64,000 nt of DNA from Clostridia bacterium. Lineage in GTDB: Bacteria > Bacillota > Clostridia > Christensenellales > QALW01. Position 1 is the stretch's first letter, and every line of letters starts with the position of its first letter. The translations under genes and the position numbers were made by a program. The DNA lies in assembly GCA_045601365.1 (NCBI GenBank), contig JAZRZN010000034.1:29888-93887 (forward strand). The letters are read 5' to 3'. The notes below the pieces were generated by a model. The model was given only the letters and a program-made list of their open reading frames with translations, searched no databases and had not been told where the DNA came from. Positions 28,521 through 37,081 of the stretch are shown here, one piece after another.

Positions 28521-29479
28521 AAATAGGGAATATCACATTAAAAAACAAACTTATCCTCGCACCGATGGCAGGTGTAAGCGACAGTATATTCAGAGAAATA
28601 TGCTATTCGTTCGGCGCGTCTCTCACCGTCACGGAAATGGTGAGCGCAAAGGGACTGTTTTACGACTCGCAGGCAACGGGTGAACTGCTTGAGCCATCCG
28701 GCATTCATCCCGAATCGGCTCAGATATTCGGCTCATCGCCCGAAATAATGGCGAAGGAGCTTGCCTCTCCCCTGTTTGAACCTTTCGACATCATTGACAT
28801 AAACATGGGTTGTCCCGCACGCAAGATCGTTTCCAATAATGAAGGCAGTGCGCTGATGAACGATATCCCGCTCGCATACGAAATAATAGCCGCCTGCGTC
28901 AGTGCATCACAAAAGCCCGTAACCGTAAAGATGCGTTCGGGTTGGGATTCGCCGTGTGCGGAAAAGCTTGCCGTCGCCGCCGAAAGAGCAGGTGCCGCTG
29001 CGGTGACCGTTCACGGCAGAACCACATTGCAGGGCTACAGCGGCAAAGCCGACCTTGATATCATCAGGCGAGTAAAAGAAAGCGTATCTATCCCCGTCAT
29101 CGGTAACGGCGACGTGACTGACGGCGCAAGCGCACAGAAAATGCTTGAATACACAGGTTGTGATGCCGTAATGATAGGTCGTGCCGCAGAGGGCAGACCG
29201 TGGATATTTGCCGAAATACTCGCATATATGAACGGCACAGAGTTTTCGCTTTCAAAGGAAGAAAAGCTTGAGATCGCAAAGCATCACGGCACCGGGCTTG
29301 CCGCCCTGCGCGGAGAACGCACCGCAATGCTGCAGATGCGTAAGCATCTGTCATGGTACACTCACGGTATGCGCAATGCTTCATCGGTGCGTGCAAATAT
29401 AAGCACGGTCAACACACTCATGGAATTTACGGAGCTTATAGATAGATTGAAAAAGCAGCCGGATGCTCCGTTACAGTAA
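28517..29479 (+). CDS. dusB: tRNA-dihydrouridine synthase
   Basis: LAPMAGVSDSIFR, DINMGCPARKIV and VTVHGRT motifs. 320 aa. Confidence 0.9.
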   Translation: MKIGNITLKNKLILAPMAGVSDSIFREICYSFGASLTVTEMVSAKGLFYDSQATGELLEPSGIHPESAQIFGSSPEIMAKELASPLFEPFDIIDINMGCPARKIVSNNEGSALMNDIPLAYEIIAACVSASQKPVTVKMRSGWDSPCAEKLAVAAERAGAAAVTVHGRTTLQGYSGKADLDIIRRVKESVSIPVIGNGDVTDGASAQKMLEYTGCDAVMIGRAAEGRPWIFAEILAYMNGTEFSLSKEEKLEIAKHHGTGLAALRGERTAMLQMRKHLSWYTHGMRNASSVRANISTVNTLMEFTELIDRLKKQPDAPLQ

Positions 29480-29620
29480 AACTGCCGTTATAAAATCCTT
29501 ATTTTTTCATTGCAGATGCGGTATTCCGATCGGTAAACTACAAAAAAACATGATAAATAACACTTGCAAACAAAAGAAAAGTATGATAATATACTTCTGT
29601 AAAAATAAAGGAGGAATACT

Positions 29621-31465
29621 ATGAAAAAGACACTTTCAATTCTGCTTATCATCGTGCTGTGCTTTTCATGCGCTGTTTCATTCGTCGGATGCGGCGGCAA
29701 CGGCAGCGGTAACGGCAACGGCAACGGCGGTGACAACGGCAACGGCAGCGGTAACAACGATGATCCGCAGGCTACGCCAGTTCCTGCCGACATAGACGCT
29801 TCGGCTGTAGACGTGCTGACAGATACTTGGGTAGCTACAGAACTCAGCTTCACGACCGACAAAACCTACGACGCAAAATCATGGGCAGGCGTTTTCATGG
29901 ATGCGACCTTCACCAACCGTGAAACCGGCACATCACTTACCATCCCATCTTTCTGGGACGGTGACAATGTTTACAAGATACGTTTCGCTCCTACGGAATA
30001 CGGTATCTGGGATTACACCACAAAGTGCGATACCGATGATTCACTCAACGGCAAGACAGGTACTGTCGGCGCGAACGTTTACAAGGGCGATCTTGCCATT
30101 TACAAACACGGCTTTGTAACAGTCGATCCCGAAAAGAAATATTTCGTATATGCCGACGGCACACCGTTCTTCTATCTCGGCGATACCCATTGGGGCATGT
30201 ACACCGAGGAAATAGATGAAAAAGGTCCTCACGCAAAGAACATCGAAACCGATTCACACTTCAAATACATAGTTGACAAGCGTGTTGAGCAGGGCTTCAC
30301 CGTATACCAGAGCGAGCCTATCGGCAACAGCTTCAGCATTGCAACGGGAACGATCCGCAAAACAGGTATAAGCGGCTTCCAGAAAGCTGACCGTTACTAT
30401 CAGTACATTGCGGAAAAAGGACTTGTTCACGCGAACGCCGAATTCTTCTTCGCAAGTGAGATGTCAAGGAATCTGGCGAAAAACGATGCGGCACTTGAGC
30501 TTCTTTCCCGTTATTGGGTAGCTCGCTTCGGCGCATACCCCGTTATGTGGACGCTCGCACAGGAAATAGACAACGATTTCTATTATGAGCGCGGTGACCA
30601 GAATCTTTATGATTACACCGAAAATCCGTGGGTAAAGGTTGCCGCTTATATGCACAAATACGATGCATATGCGCACCCGCTTACGGGGCATCAGGAAAAT
30701 ACAGGCGCGACGACAGTCACCGGCAAGGGCACGGGCGGCAAGTCGAGCGGCAGCGGTATATCTGCTTTTACCTATGAGGAGGCAGTAAAGAACAATTACT
30801 CCACCGGTCACAACTGGTGGGCATCGCAGTGGTCACCCTCACTTACGGGTCAGCTCAACGACGCAGTTCCGAAGGATTATTGGGCAAGCAGTAAGGTAGC
30901 CATCAACTATGAAAGCCGCTACTGCTATCTGTGGACAAAGAACTTCGGTGCGCGTGTTGAGGGCTGGGCTTCGTATTTAAGCGGTATGTACGGCTACGGC
31001 TACGGCGCTATTGATATGTGGCTGTACAAGAGTACATATGATATTGATAAAGATTCAAGCGACGGCATCGAAACCATAACAAAAGCGGATAAGGCTGTTT
31101 ACTGGAGTGACGCCATTGAATTTGAATCCGCATATCAGGTGGGCTACATGCGTCAGTTCTTCGAAAAGCTTGAATGGTGGAAGCTCGTTCCCGACTTCAA
31201 CGACCACAACCACTTCGCTCCGAACGCGGGCGCGATATACGTTTGCGCAACGCAGGACAGTGACGTCTATGTGCTTTACCTCTATAACAAGACCACTGCC
31301 GGCGGCACGCTCCGCAGTATGGCAGACGGCAAATATACCGTACAGTGGTTCAACCCCCGCACAAATGAGTACATGGCAGAAGAAACCGTTACTGTAAGCG
31401 GCGGTGCTTATAAAGTAGAAAAGCCCGATACCGAGGACTGGGTACTGCTTGCTAAAAAAGCGTAA
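29621..31465 (+). CDS. DUF5060/DUF4038 (GH140-like) lipoprotein, paralog 2
   Basis: Lipobox VSFVGC, then a Gly/Asn linker, then PSFWDGDNVYKIRF...AIYKHGFV...YADGTPFFYLGDTHW...FGAYPVMWTLAQE...YCYLWTKNFGARVEGW. Colinear with 7116-9047. Confidence 0.65.
   Translation: MKKTLSILLIIVLCFSCAVSFVGCGGNGSGNGNGNGGDNGNGSGNNDDPQATPVPADIDASAVDVLTDTWVATELSFTTDKTYDAKSWAGVFMDATFTNRETGTSLTIPSFWDGDNVYKIRFAPTEYGIWDYTTKCDTDDSLNGKTGTVGANVYKGDLAIYKHGFVTVDPEKKYFVYADGTPFFYLGDTHWGMYTEEIDEKGPHAKNIETDSHFKYIVDKRVEQGFTVYQSEPIGNSFSIATGTIRKTGISGFQKADRYYQYIAEKGLVHANAEFFFASEMSRNLAKNDAALELLSRYWVARFGAYPVMWTLAQEIDNDFYYERGDQNLYDYTENPWVKVAAYMHKYDAYAHPLTGHQENTGATTVTGKGTGGKSSGSGISAFTYEEAVKNNYSTGHNWWASQWSPSLTGQLNDAVPKDYWASSKVAINYESRYCYLWTKNFGARVEGWASYLSGMYGYGYGAIDMWLYKSTYDIDKDSSDGIETITKADKAVYWSDAIEFESAYQVGYMRQFFEKLEWWKLVPDFNDHNHFAPNAGAIYVCATQDSDVYVLYLYNKTTAGGTLRSMADGKYTVQWFNPRTNEYMAEETVTVSGGAYKVEKPDTEDWVLLAKKA
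29693..29762 (+). repeat. GGC-AAC-rich microsatellite-like tract encoding a Gly/Asn/Ser linker
   Basis: ggcaacggc units repeat. Protein: GGNGSGNGNGNGGDNGNGSGNNDD, immediately after the lipobox Cys. Confidence 0.7.
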
Positions 31466-31539
31466 TATAACGACCGAGGTTTTCCGAATAAAAAACGGAA
31501 AGCTTCGGTTTTTTATTGATATTCAGGAGGATCATTTAC

Positions 31540-32520
31540 ATGGACAAGAAAGAAGCAAGAAAGCTGTTTTATTCTCAGGACAAATTGCCCGTTGAAGGCA
31601 CACGCGAAAGCGAACATTTCCGTTTTTACAGGCTTTTGCGCAGCTGTCAGACCGTATGCGAGGTGAATCTTTCGCTCGGGCTCGGCGGTGAGGAGATCGA
31701 GCTTGCGCATATTACTGACATGCACCTGAATCATTTCACAGCCGAAGACTTCGATGACGGGGAAATAATGGATACGATCAGGCATCGTGAATGGCTCAAG
31801 GGCGGTGAAGCCTTAATGGCGGCAGAGCGCGCCATGAGTGCCTCGGATTATGCCGACTTTACCGTCGTTACGGGCGACATACTTGATTTTCTTTCGCACG
31901 GCTCGCGTGAGCTTGCGGAAAAATATGTTTTTTCGCATAAGGCGAACGCACTGTTCTGCCCCGGACTTCATGATTATCTCAAGGAAATGCAGACGGGCGT
32001 GCCGGAAAAGCTTCCCTATGAGGTGCGCGAAAAGCTTTTGAAAAGCTTTTGGCCCAACGACCTGCACTACGCAACAAAGGTATTAAAGGATAAGCTCCTC
32101 ATTGTTGCGATAGACAATTCGCCGTCGCATTATCTTGAAGAAACCTACGCTCTGCTCAAAGCCGACATCGAACGTGCAAGAGCCGCGGAGTTGAAGCTGC
32201 TTCTGTTCCAGCACGAGCCTCTTTGCACACACGATTCCGCCGATACTGCAGTGCTTTCAGCCGCTCCCGTAAACCACGATGCGTATAATTTTCTGACCGG
32301 TCCGTATATAAACGGCGGTCCGTGCGCGAATGAAACCGACAAAAAATTTCACAAGCTGTTGCTTGAAAGCACGGATGTCGTAAAGGGAATTTTCGCAGGT
32401 CATTTCCACAGCGTATATTACACCGAGGTCAAGGGCGAAAACGGTGCATTCATACCGCAGTATGTCTCTATCGGCTGTCCGTACTACAACGGCGCGCTGA
32501 CACGAATAATAATACGCTGA
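31540..32520 (+). CDS. metallophosphoesterase (calcineurin-like)
   Basis: LAHITDMHLNH, VVTGDILDF and FQHEPL...GHFH motifs. AGGAGG RBS before ATG 31540. Confidence 0.72.
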   Translation: MDKKEARKLFYSQDKLPVEGTRESEHFRFYRLLRSCQTVCEVNLSLGLGGEEIELAHITDMHLNHFTAEDFDDGEIMDTIRHREWLKGGEALMAAERAMSASDYADFTVVTGDILDFLSHGSRELAEKYVFSHKANALFCPGLHDYLKEMQTGVPEKLPYEVREKLLKSFWPNDLHYATKVLKDKLLIVAIDNSPSHYLEETYALLKADIERARAAELKLLLFQHEPLCTHDSADTAVLSAAPVNHDAYNFLTGPYINGGPCANETDKKFHKLLLESTDVVKGIFAGHFHSVYYTEVKGENGAFIPQYVSIGCPYYNGALTRIIIR

Positions 32521-32559
32521 CGGCAAATCAACCGTTCAACAAAAGCTAAGGAGAGCAAT

Positions 32560-33012
32560 GTGATAAAAGTCCTTTTTCTTTGCCACGGCAATATTTGCCG
32601 TTCGCCGATGGCAGAATATATTTTCAAGCACATCTCAAAGGGGCTTGATGTTTACGCCGAATCAAAAGCCGTATCGAGTGAAGAGATCGGTAACCCTATA
32701 TACCCTCCCGCATCACGCGAGCTTGACAAAATGGGCATCCCTTACGGAAATCACCGCGCAAGAAAAATGTCAAAGAGTGATTACGGTGACTTTGATTATA
32801 TCATCGTAATGGAGCAATACAATATTCCGCGCCTGATGAACATTATCGGAAGCGATCCCGACAATAAGGTATACCGCCTGCTTGATTTTACCGATACTCC
32901 CGGTGACATAGAAGACCCGTGGTATACAGGAAATTTCAGCAGAGTATATGAACAGATATCAAAAGGATGCTCTTCCCTGCTTGATATGCTCAAATCAACC
33001 GGCAAGTTGTAG
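32560..33012 (+). CDS. low-molecular-weight protein-tyrosine phosphatase
   Basis: VLFLCHGNICRSPMAE (the C-X5-R-S P-loop) and DPWY near the C-terminus. GTG start. Confidence 0.88.
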   Translation: MIKVLFLCHGNICRSPMAEYIFKHISKGLDVYAESKAVSSEEIGNPIYPPASRELDKMGIPYGNHRARKMSKSDYGDFDYIIVMEQYNIPRLMNIIGSDPDNKVYRLLDFTDTPGDIEDPWYTGNFSRVYEQISKGCSSLLDMLKSTGKL

Positions 33013-33049
33013 GTTTTATTGATTTTATCCGTATATTGAAATCGTTTTT

Positions 33050-33084
33050 TCCGTAAAAACAGATGGGGACATCTGTCCCCCATC
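33050..33084 (-). terminator. hairpin terminator after the ParB-like gene
   Basis: GATGGGGACA/TGTCCCC(C)ATC stem (33062-33084), followed on the minus strand by CTGTTTTT. Confidence 0.55.
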
Positions 33085-33101
33085 AAGCATACGACATAGA
33101 C

Positions 33102-33770
33102 TTACGCACCTTGTTTTTTACTTATTATTATACACTCATCGTTTTCGGTTATGCTGTCGTTATAGCCGCCCGAGCGCATAAGCTCAAGGATTTTTTCTAT
33201 TTCATTTATGAAAATGCGCTTATCGCTCAAAACAGACAGGCGCACCTTATCCTTTGCGCTGACCGGCACATCCTTGAGCGCACGGCACATTTTAAGAAAA
33301 TATGCACCGTCACCGTGCGCACATTCGATAAACTGCTCGGTATTTTCACTTACAGCCCTTTTTGCATTCGACGGCAACATGAGGTAGCTTCTGATGATTG
33401 CTTCTTGCGTGCTGTCAAGGCACAGTGTCTCACATACATCGCCGTCGGGTATGTCAAGTGCATATTCGGCAAGCGATGTTGCATCAAGTCGTTTGCGATG
33501 GATATTTTCTATTGCCTTCAACACATTTTCCTCTTCGCCGCGCACCGTCAAAAGCACGGAATGTATGTATTTCTGTCCCAATTCAAGACATGCCTTGATC
33601 CGCCGTCTGCCGAAGACAAGCTTGTATCCGTCACTTTTTTTGACCACGCCTACAGGCTGAAGCAAGCCGTATATTCTGATGCTTTCCTTCAAAAGCGTTA
33701 CATCGTCATCCGGTAAATCAAATTCTATAGTGCTTATCGGAACTTTTACATATACTATTCCCGCACGCAT
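33102..33770 (-). CDS. ParB/Srx-fold N-terminal domain protein (orphan; no parA in window)
   Basis: LLKESIRIYGLLQPVGVV and KLVFGRRRIKA (a GxRR arginine patch like the ParB CTP-binding motif). 222 aa. Confidence 0.65.
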   Translation of the reverse strand: MRAGIVYVKVPISTIEFDLPDDDVTLLKESIRIYGLLQPVGVVKKSDGYKLVFGRRRIKACLELGQKYIHSVLLTVRGEEENVLKAIENIHRKRLDATSLAEYALDIPDGDVCETLCLDSTQEAIIRSYLMLPSNAKRAVSENTEQFIECAHGDGAYFLKMCRALKDVPVSAKDKVRLSVLSDKRIFINEIEKILELMRSGGYNDSITENDECIIISKKQGA

Positions 33771-33790
33771 ACTATCACCTCGGATAACAT

Positions 33791-33830
33791 AATAACAAAA
33801 ACACGGCTATGCGTAAAGCACAACCGTGTT
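33791..33830 (-). terminator. hairpin terminator after the Sua5 gene
   Basis: AACACGG/CCGTGTT stem (33800-33806 / 33824-33830), followed on the minus strand by TTTTGTT. Confidence 0.5.
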
Positions 33831-33906
33831 ATATAATTCTACAGATTTTCCGCTTTCGTCAAAACTTTCGGATGTATTTTGATCGTTTTTTGTTTTTGTT
33901 CGCAGT

Positions 33907-34986
33907 TTATGTGTTAATTTGAAGTACGTTTTTCAGTCTTTCGCCGTTCATACTGCGTATATCATCGCCGTTAAGCACCGTAAATGCCGCGGCGCGAAGC
34001 ATTCTGTTCATTACCGACAGCCCCGCCCCGCCTTTTTGCACGCTCGTTATCAGCACCGTATCAAAGCCTTCATCATCGCTTCTGCGCAAAAGCTCAAACA
34101 ATCTTTTTGCCGCCACCGAGCTGTCGAAATCATTCATAAGCGCATATCCGCCGCGCGCACCTATAAGTGCAAGCTCCGCATCGTTCCACATTATTACGGG
34201 TCTGCGTCCCGCCGACACAAGCATATCGTACAGCTTTACCGCTTCCGAGATGCCCGCATCTATTATCAGCACACGCGCTTTCGGCGAATAGTGCTTATAT
34301 TTCATGCCGGGACTTGCCGCCTTATCTACCTTATTGTTTTCAAGCACGGCGGGATGTATATCCACTTTGCCGATAACACTTTCGAGCATTTCATGCGTGA
34401 CAAGCCCGGGGCGCAACAAAAGCGGTGTATCACCGCAAAGCGATATCACCGTTGATTCCACGCCTCCACTGCACGCACCGCCGTCGAGTATCAGCGGTAT
34501 CCTGCCGTTAAGGTCATCAAATACATGCTGTGCGCAGGTAGGCGACGGCTTGCCCGAAGAATTTGCGCTCGGTGCCGGGATCGGTCTTTTACATTTTTCG
34601 ATAAAAAGCCTTGCGCCCTCATGCTCGGGAAGCCGCACACCCACGGTATCTATTCCGGCGGTGACAGAATACGGTATTTCCTTGCGTTTTGGCAAAACAA
34701 CGGTTATGGGACCCGGCATAAACTTATCTATCAGTCTTTGCGCCGCGCCGCTTATCTCGCTTGCCACATCGTATATCTGCTTTTTGTTTGCCACATGTAC
34801 GATAAGCGGATTATCGTTCGGTCTGCCCTTAGCGGCGAAAATCTTTTTAACGGCATCCTCGTTGAACACATCTGCGCCGAGCCCGTAAACGGTTTCCGTC
34901 GGAAACGCCACCGTTTCGCCCGATGCGATAAGCTCCGCCGCAAGCTTTGCCGAATATTCGTCAAGCTTCAAAACCTCTGTTTTCAT
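33907..34986 (-). CDS. tsaC: L-threonylcarbamoyladenylate synthase (Sua5/YwlC type, with C-terminal Sua5 domain)
   Basis: VAFPTETVYGLGADVFNEDAVKKIFAAKGRPNDNPLIVHV and PSANSSGKPSPT motifs. 359 aa. Overlaps the rng stop. Confidence 0.9.
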   Translation of the reverse strand: MKTEVLKLDEYSAKLAAELIASGETVAFPTETVYGLGADVFNEDAVKKIFAAKGRPNDNPLIVHVANKKQIYDVASEISGAAQRLIDKFMPGPITVVLPKRKEIPYSVTAGIDTVGVRLPEHEGARLFIEKCKRPIPAPSANSSGKPSPTCAQHVFDDLNGRIPLILDGGACSGGVESTVISLCGDTPLLLRPGLVTHEMLESVIGKVDIHPAVLENNKVDKAASPGMKYKHYSPKARVLIIDAGISEAVKLYDMLVSAGRRPVIMWNDAELALIGARGGYALMNDFDSSVAAKRLFELLRRSDDEGFDTVLITSVQKGGAGLSVMNRMLRAAAFTVLNGDDIRSMNGERLKNVLQINT

Positions 34987-36428
34987 ATGAGTTTTACAAG
35001 CCCTTCCTTATCTGACAGCGTATCAAGCATGCTTATGTTGAAATCCTCAACATGCATGCTATCGTCTTCACGGACATAAATTTCGATACCGTCGAATTGC
35101 CTGTACACCTCCGGATACTTTTTCAGTGCCGAAAAGATATACGGATTCAGCCGAAGCACCGCAACGGCATACTCTCCCGCACAGCGTTTAAGCTCTGAAA
35201 AAAGGCTGTCAAGCACGGAATCCTTATTGAGTATCCTGCCGTCACCCTCGCAATACGGGCAAGTCACTTGCATTGAATCCGCAAGACTGAGCCTTGTTTT
35301 TTTGCGTGTAAGCTCCACAAGTCCGAGCGGTGCGAACCCTAAAATATTAGTGCGTATCTTATCCCCGCGCGAAGCCTCTTCAAGTGCGTCAAGCACCTGC
35401 TGTCGGTCCTCATCGTTCTCCATGTCGATGAAATCTATTATTATGATGCCGCCGATAGAGCGCAAACGAAGCTGACGTGCTATCTCCTTAGCGGCAAGGA
35501 TATTTGTTTTAACGATAGTTCGGTTAAGATCGTAGTCGCCGGTAAATTTGCCGGTATTGACATCTATGGCGGTAAGTGCCTCGGTGCAGTCAATGATAAG
35601 ATATGCTCCGTTATCAAGCCATACTTTACGTTGAAGCAGTTTTTTTAGTTTATTTTCAACTCCGCCGAGCAGATTGCCTTCCCTGAAAACAATACGGTCG
35701 GCGATCTCGGGTGTCATGACGGATGCGATCTTTTTTGCTTCCTCAAATGCACTGCGGTCGTTTACTACGATCTGTGAAAACGAATCATCGAAATAATCTC
35801 TTATAAGCGTAAGCAGAAGCCCGTCCTCACCGTGAAGCATTACGGGCGCATTTCTGACCTTTGCCGCAGTCTGAATATCACGCCATTCTTCTTCAAGATA
35901 GGTTATTTCGTTTTCAAGCTCCTCTCGTGTAGCTCCCTGTGCATCGGTACGCACGATGAAGCCGTGATTTCCGTCGCGCAGCTCCTCCGCAAGTGACTTA
36001 AGACGTTCCTTTTCATCGGGATCGGCTATTTTTTTAGATACACCGATGTAATCCATTTGCGGCATCAAAACGAGCTTATGCCCCGGAACGGTTATATTGG
36101 CAGTTACACGCGCACCCTTTACCCCTTGTGCTTCCTTAGTTATCTGAACCGTTATATCCTGTCCTTTTTTGACAAGCTTGCGGATATCGGTATTCTCGCC
36201 GTTTCCGTTCGGTATATCTCCGGCAAAGAGAAAAGCATTTTTATCAAGCCCGATATTTATGAATGCCGCCTGCATGCCGGGTACGACATTATCGACAATC
36301 CCCTTATATATATTACCTACTCCGCCGTAAACTGACGAATGCTCTACAAGTACATCGGTTATTTCGCCGGAATCAAGGATCACGCCTTTTTTCTGCACAA
36401 AGCCGCAATTTATCAGTATTTCCTTCAT
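34983..36428 (-). CDS. rng: Rne/Rng family ribonuclease (RNase G-like)
   Basis: S1 domain GNIYKGIVDNVVPGMQAAFINIGLDKNAFL. Catalytic core IDVNTGKF...GGIIIIDFIDM and CPYCEGDG. Confidence 0.88.
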   Translation of the reverse strand: MKEILINCGFVQKKGVILDSGEITDVLVEHSSVYGGVGNIYKGIVDNVVPGMQAAFINIGLDKNAFLFAGDIPNGNGENTDIRKLVKKGQDITVQITKEAQGVKGARVTANITVPGHKLVLMPQMDYIGVSKKIADPDEKERLKSLAEELRDGNHGFIVRTDAQGATREELENEITYLEEEWRDIQTAAKVRNAPVMLHGEDGLLLTLIRDYFDDSFSQIVVNDRSAFEEAKKIASVMTPEIADRIVFREGNLLGGVENKLKKLLQRKVWLDNGAYLIIDCTEALTAIDVNTGKFTGDYDLNRTIVKTNILAAKEIARQLRLRSIGGIIIIDFIDMENDEDRQQVLDALEEASRGDKIRTNILGFAPLGLVELTRKKTRLSLADSMQVTCPYCEGDGRILNKDSVLDSLFSELKRCAGEYAVAVLRLNPYIFSALKKYPEVYRQFDGIEIYVREDDSMHVEDFNISMLDTLSDKEGLVKLI

Positions 36429-37081
36429 GGCTTCGCCCCCAACGGCTCTTCAAGGCGGCTTTCATTGATGATATAAAGCGTCTCGCGCACGGCACTTTTT
36501 ATTTTTATGCCCGTATTTTCGAGCATTTCAGCCAACTTATCGGCACGCATGTTTTCGGAATTACTGCACGAAAGTGTCGCTTCTATTTTGTCGCCGACAA
36601 GCGCAAGGCGGTGTATCATCGGGCGTACATTGACATTCGCCATGCCCTTTTTAGTGCGTTTTTCTATTATTATTTCATTCTGCGCCATAAGCTCTTTAAG
36701 CTTATCAGTGCAGCCTTCGATGCTTTCGGGTACGAACGAATATCCGGCAAGCGCGATCACACTGCCGACATTCGGATATCCTTCCTTAGGCTCTGTGGCG
36801 TTAAGTATCCTTACACCGTTCGGCAAAACGTCATTGAGCATACGCATCGCATCAAGCGGATGCACATATTTTTCAAGCTGTACCTCAACGTATTCGGCAT
36901 TTGAGCATACCCCCACGGGCAATGCGCATGCAAAGCTTATCAGCATATGCGGATTAAAACCCTGTGAATACGCGCACGAAAGCTTGGCGCGGCGCAATGC
37001 GCGCTGAAACAGTCTTTGTATGTCAAGATGCGAAATATATTTTACCTCATCGCCCTTTGAAAAGCGCATAAGCAATCTCAT
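36425..37081 (-). CDS. TIGR03936 (DUF2344) radical-SAM-associated protein
   Basis: MRLLMRFSKGDEVKYISHLDIQRLFQRALRRAKL...SQGFNPH. ATGA overlap with the upstream radical SAM gene; start at 37081. Confidence 0.8.
   Translation of the reverse strand: MRLLMRFSKGDEVKYISHLDIQRLFQRALRRAKLSCAYSQGFNPHMLISFACALPVGVCSNAEYVEVQLEKYVHPLDAMRMLNDVLPNGVRILNATEPKEGYPNVGSVIALAGYSFVPESIEGCTDKLKELMAQNEIIIEKRTKKGMANVNVRPMIHRLALVGDKIEATLSCSNSENMRADKLAEMLENTGIKIKSAVRETLYIINESRLEEPLGAKP

Noticed and set aside
29488-29862. 124-aa minus-strand ORF with PLPLPLSPPLPLPLPLPLPP, and the analogous 61546-61767 ORF rich in GVGVG/SGDV.
   Set aside because: Both are reverse complements of the Gly/Asn linker and the Thr-Pro/SPDT repeats of well-supported plus-strand lipoprotein genes. 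They are low-complexity artefacts.
31476-31513. Hairpins downstream of the second GH140-like gene (TTTCCG/CGGAAA and CCGAA/TTCGG, followed by TTTTTT) as a riboswitch-like alternative structure.
   Set aside because: The two short mutually exclusive stems are adequately explained as a simple terminator with a T6 run. The sequence is too short and unconserved-looking to claim a regulatory switch.
26954-32520. Three or four metallophosphoesterase/PHP genes in one neighbourhood (26954, 27804, 31540; also 58501), considered as a possible cyclic-nucleotide or defence-related set.
   Set aside because: They belong to different subfamilies, are interleaved with housekeeping genes (lepB, dusB, rdgB), and lack any cyclase, effector or sensor partner. 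Coincidental housekeeping paralogs are the simpler explanation.
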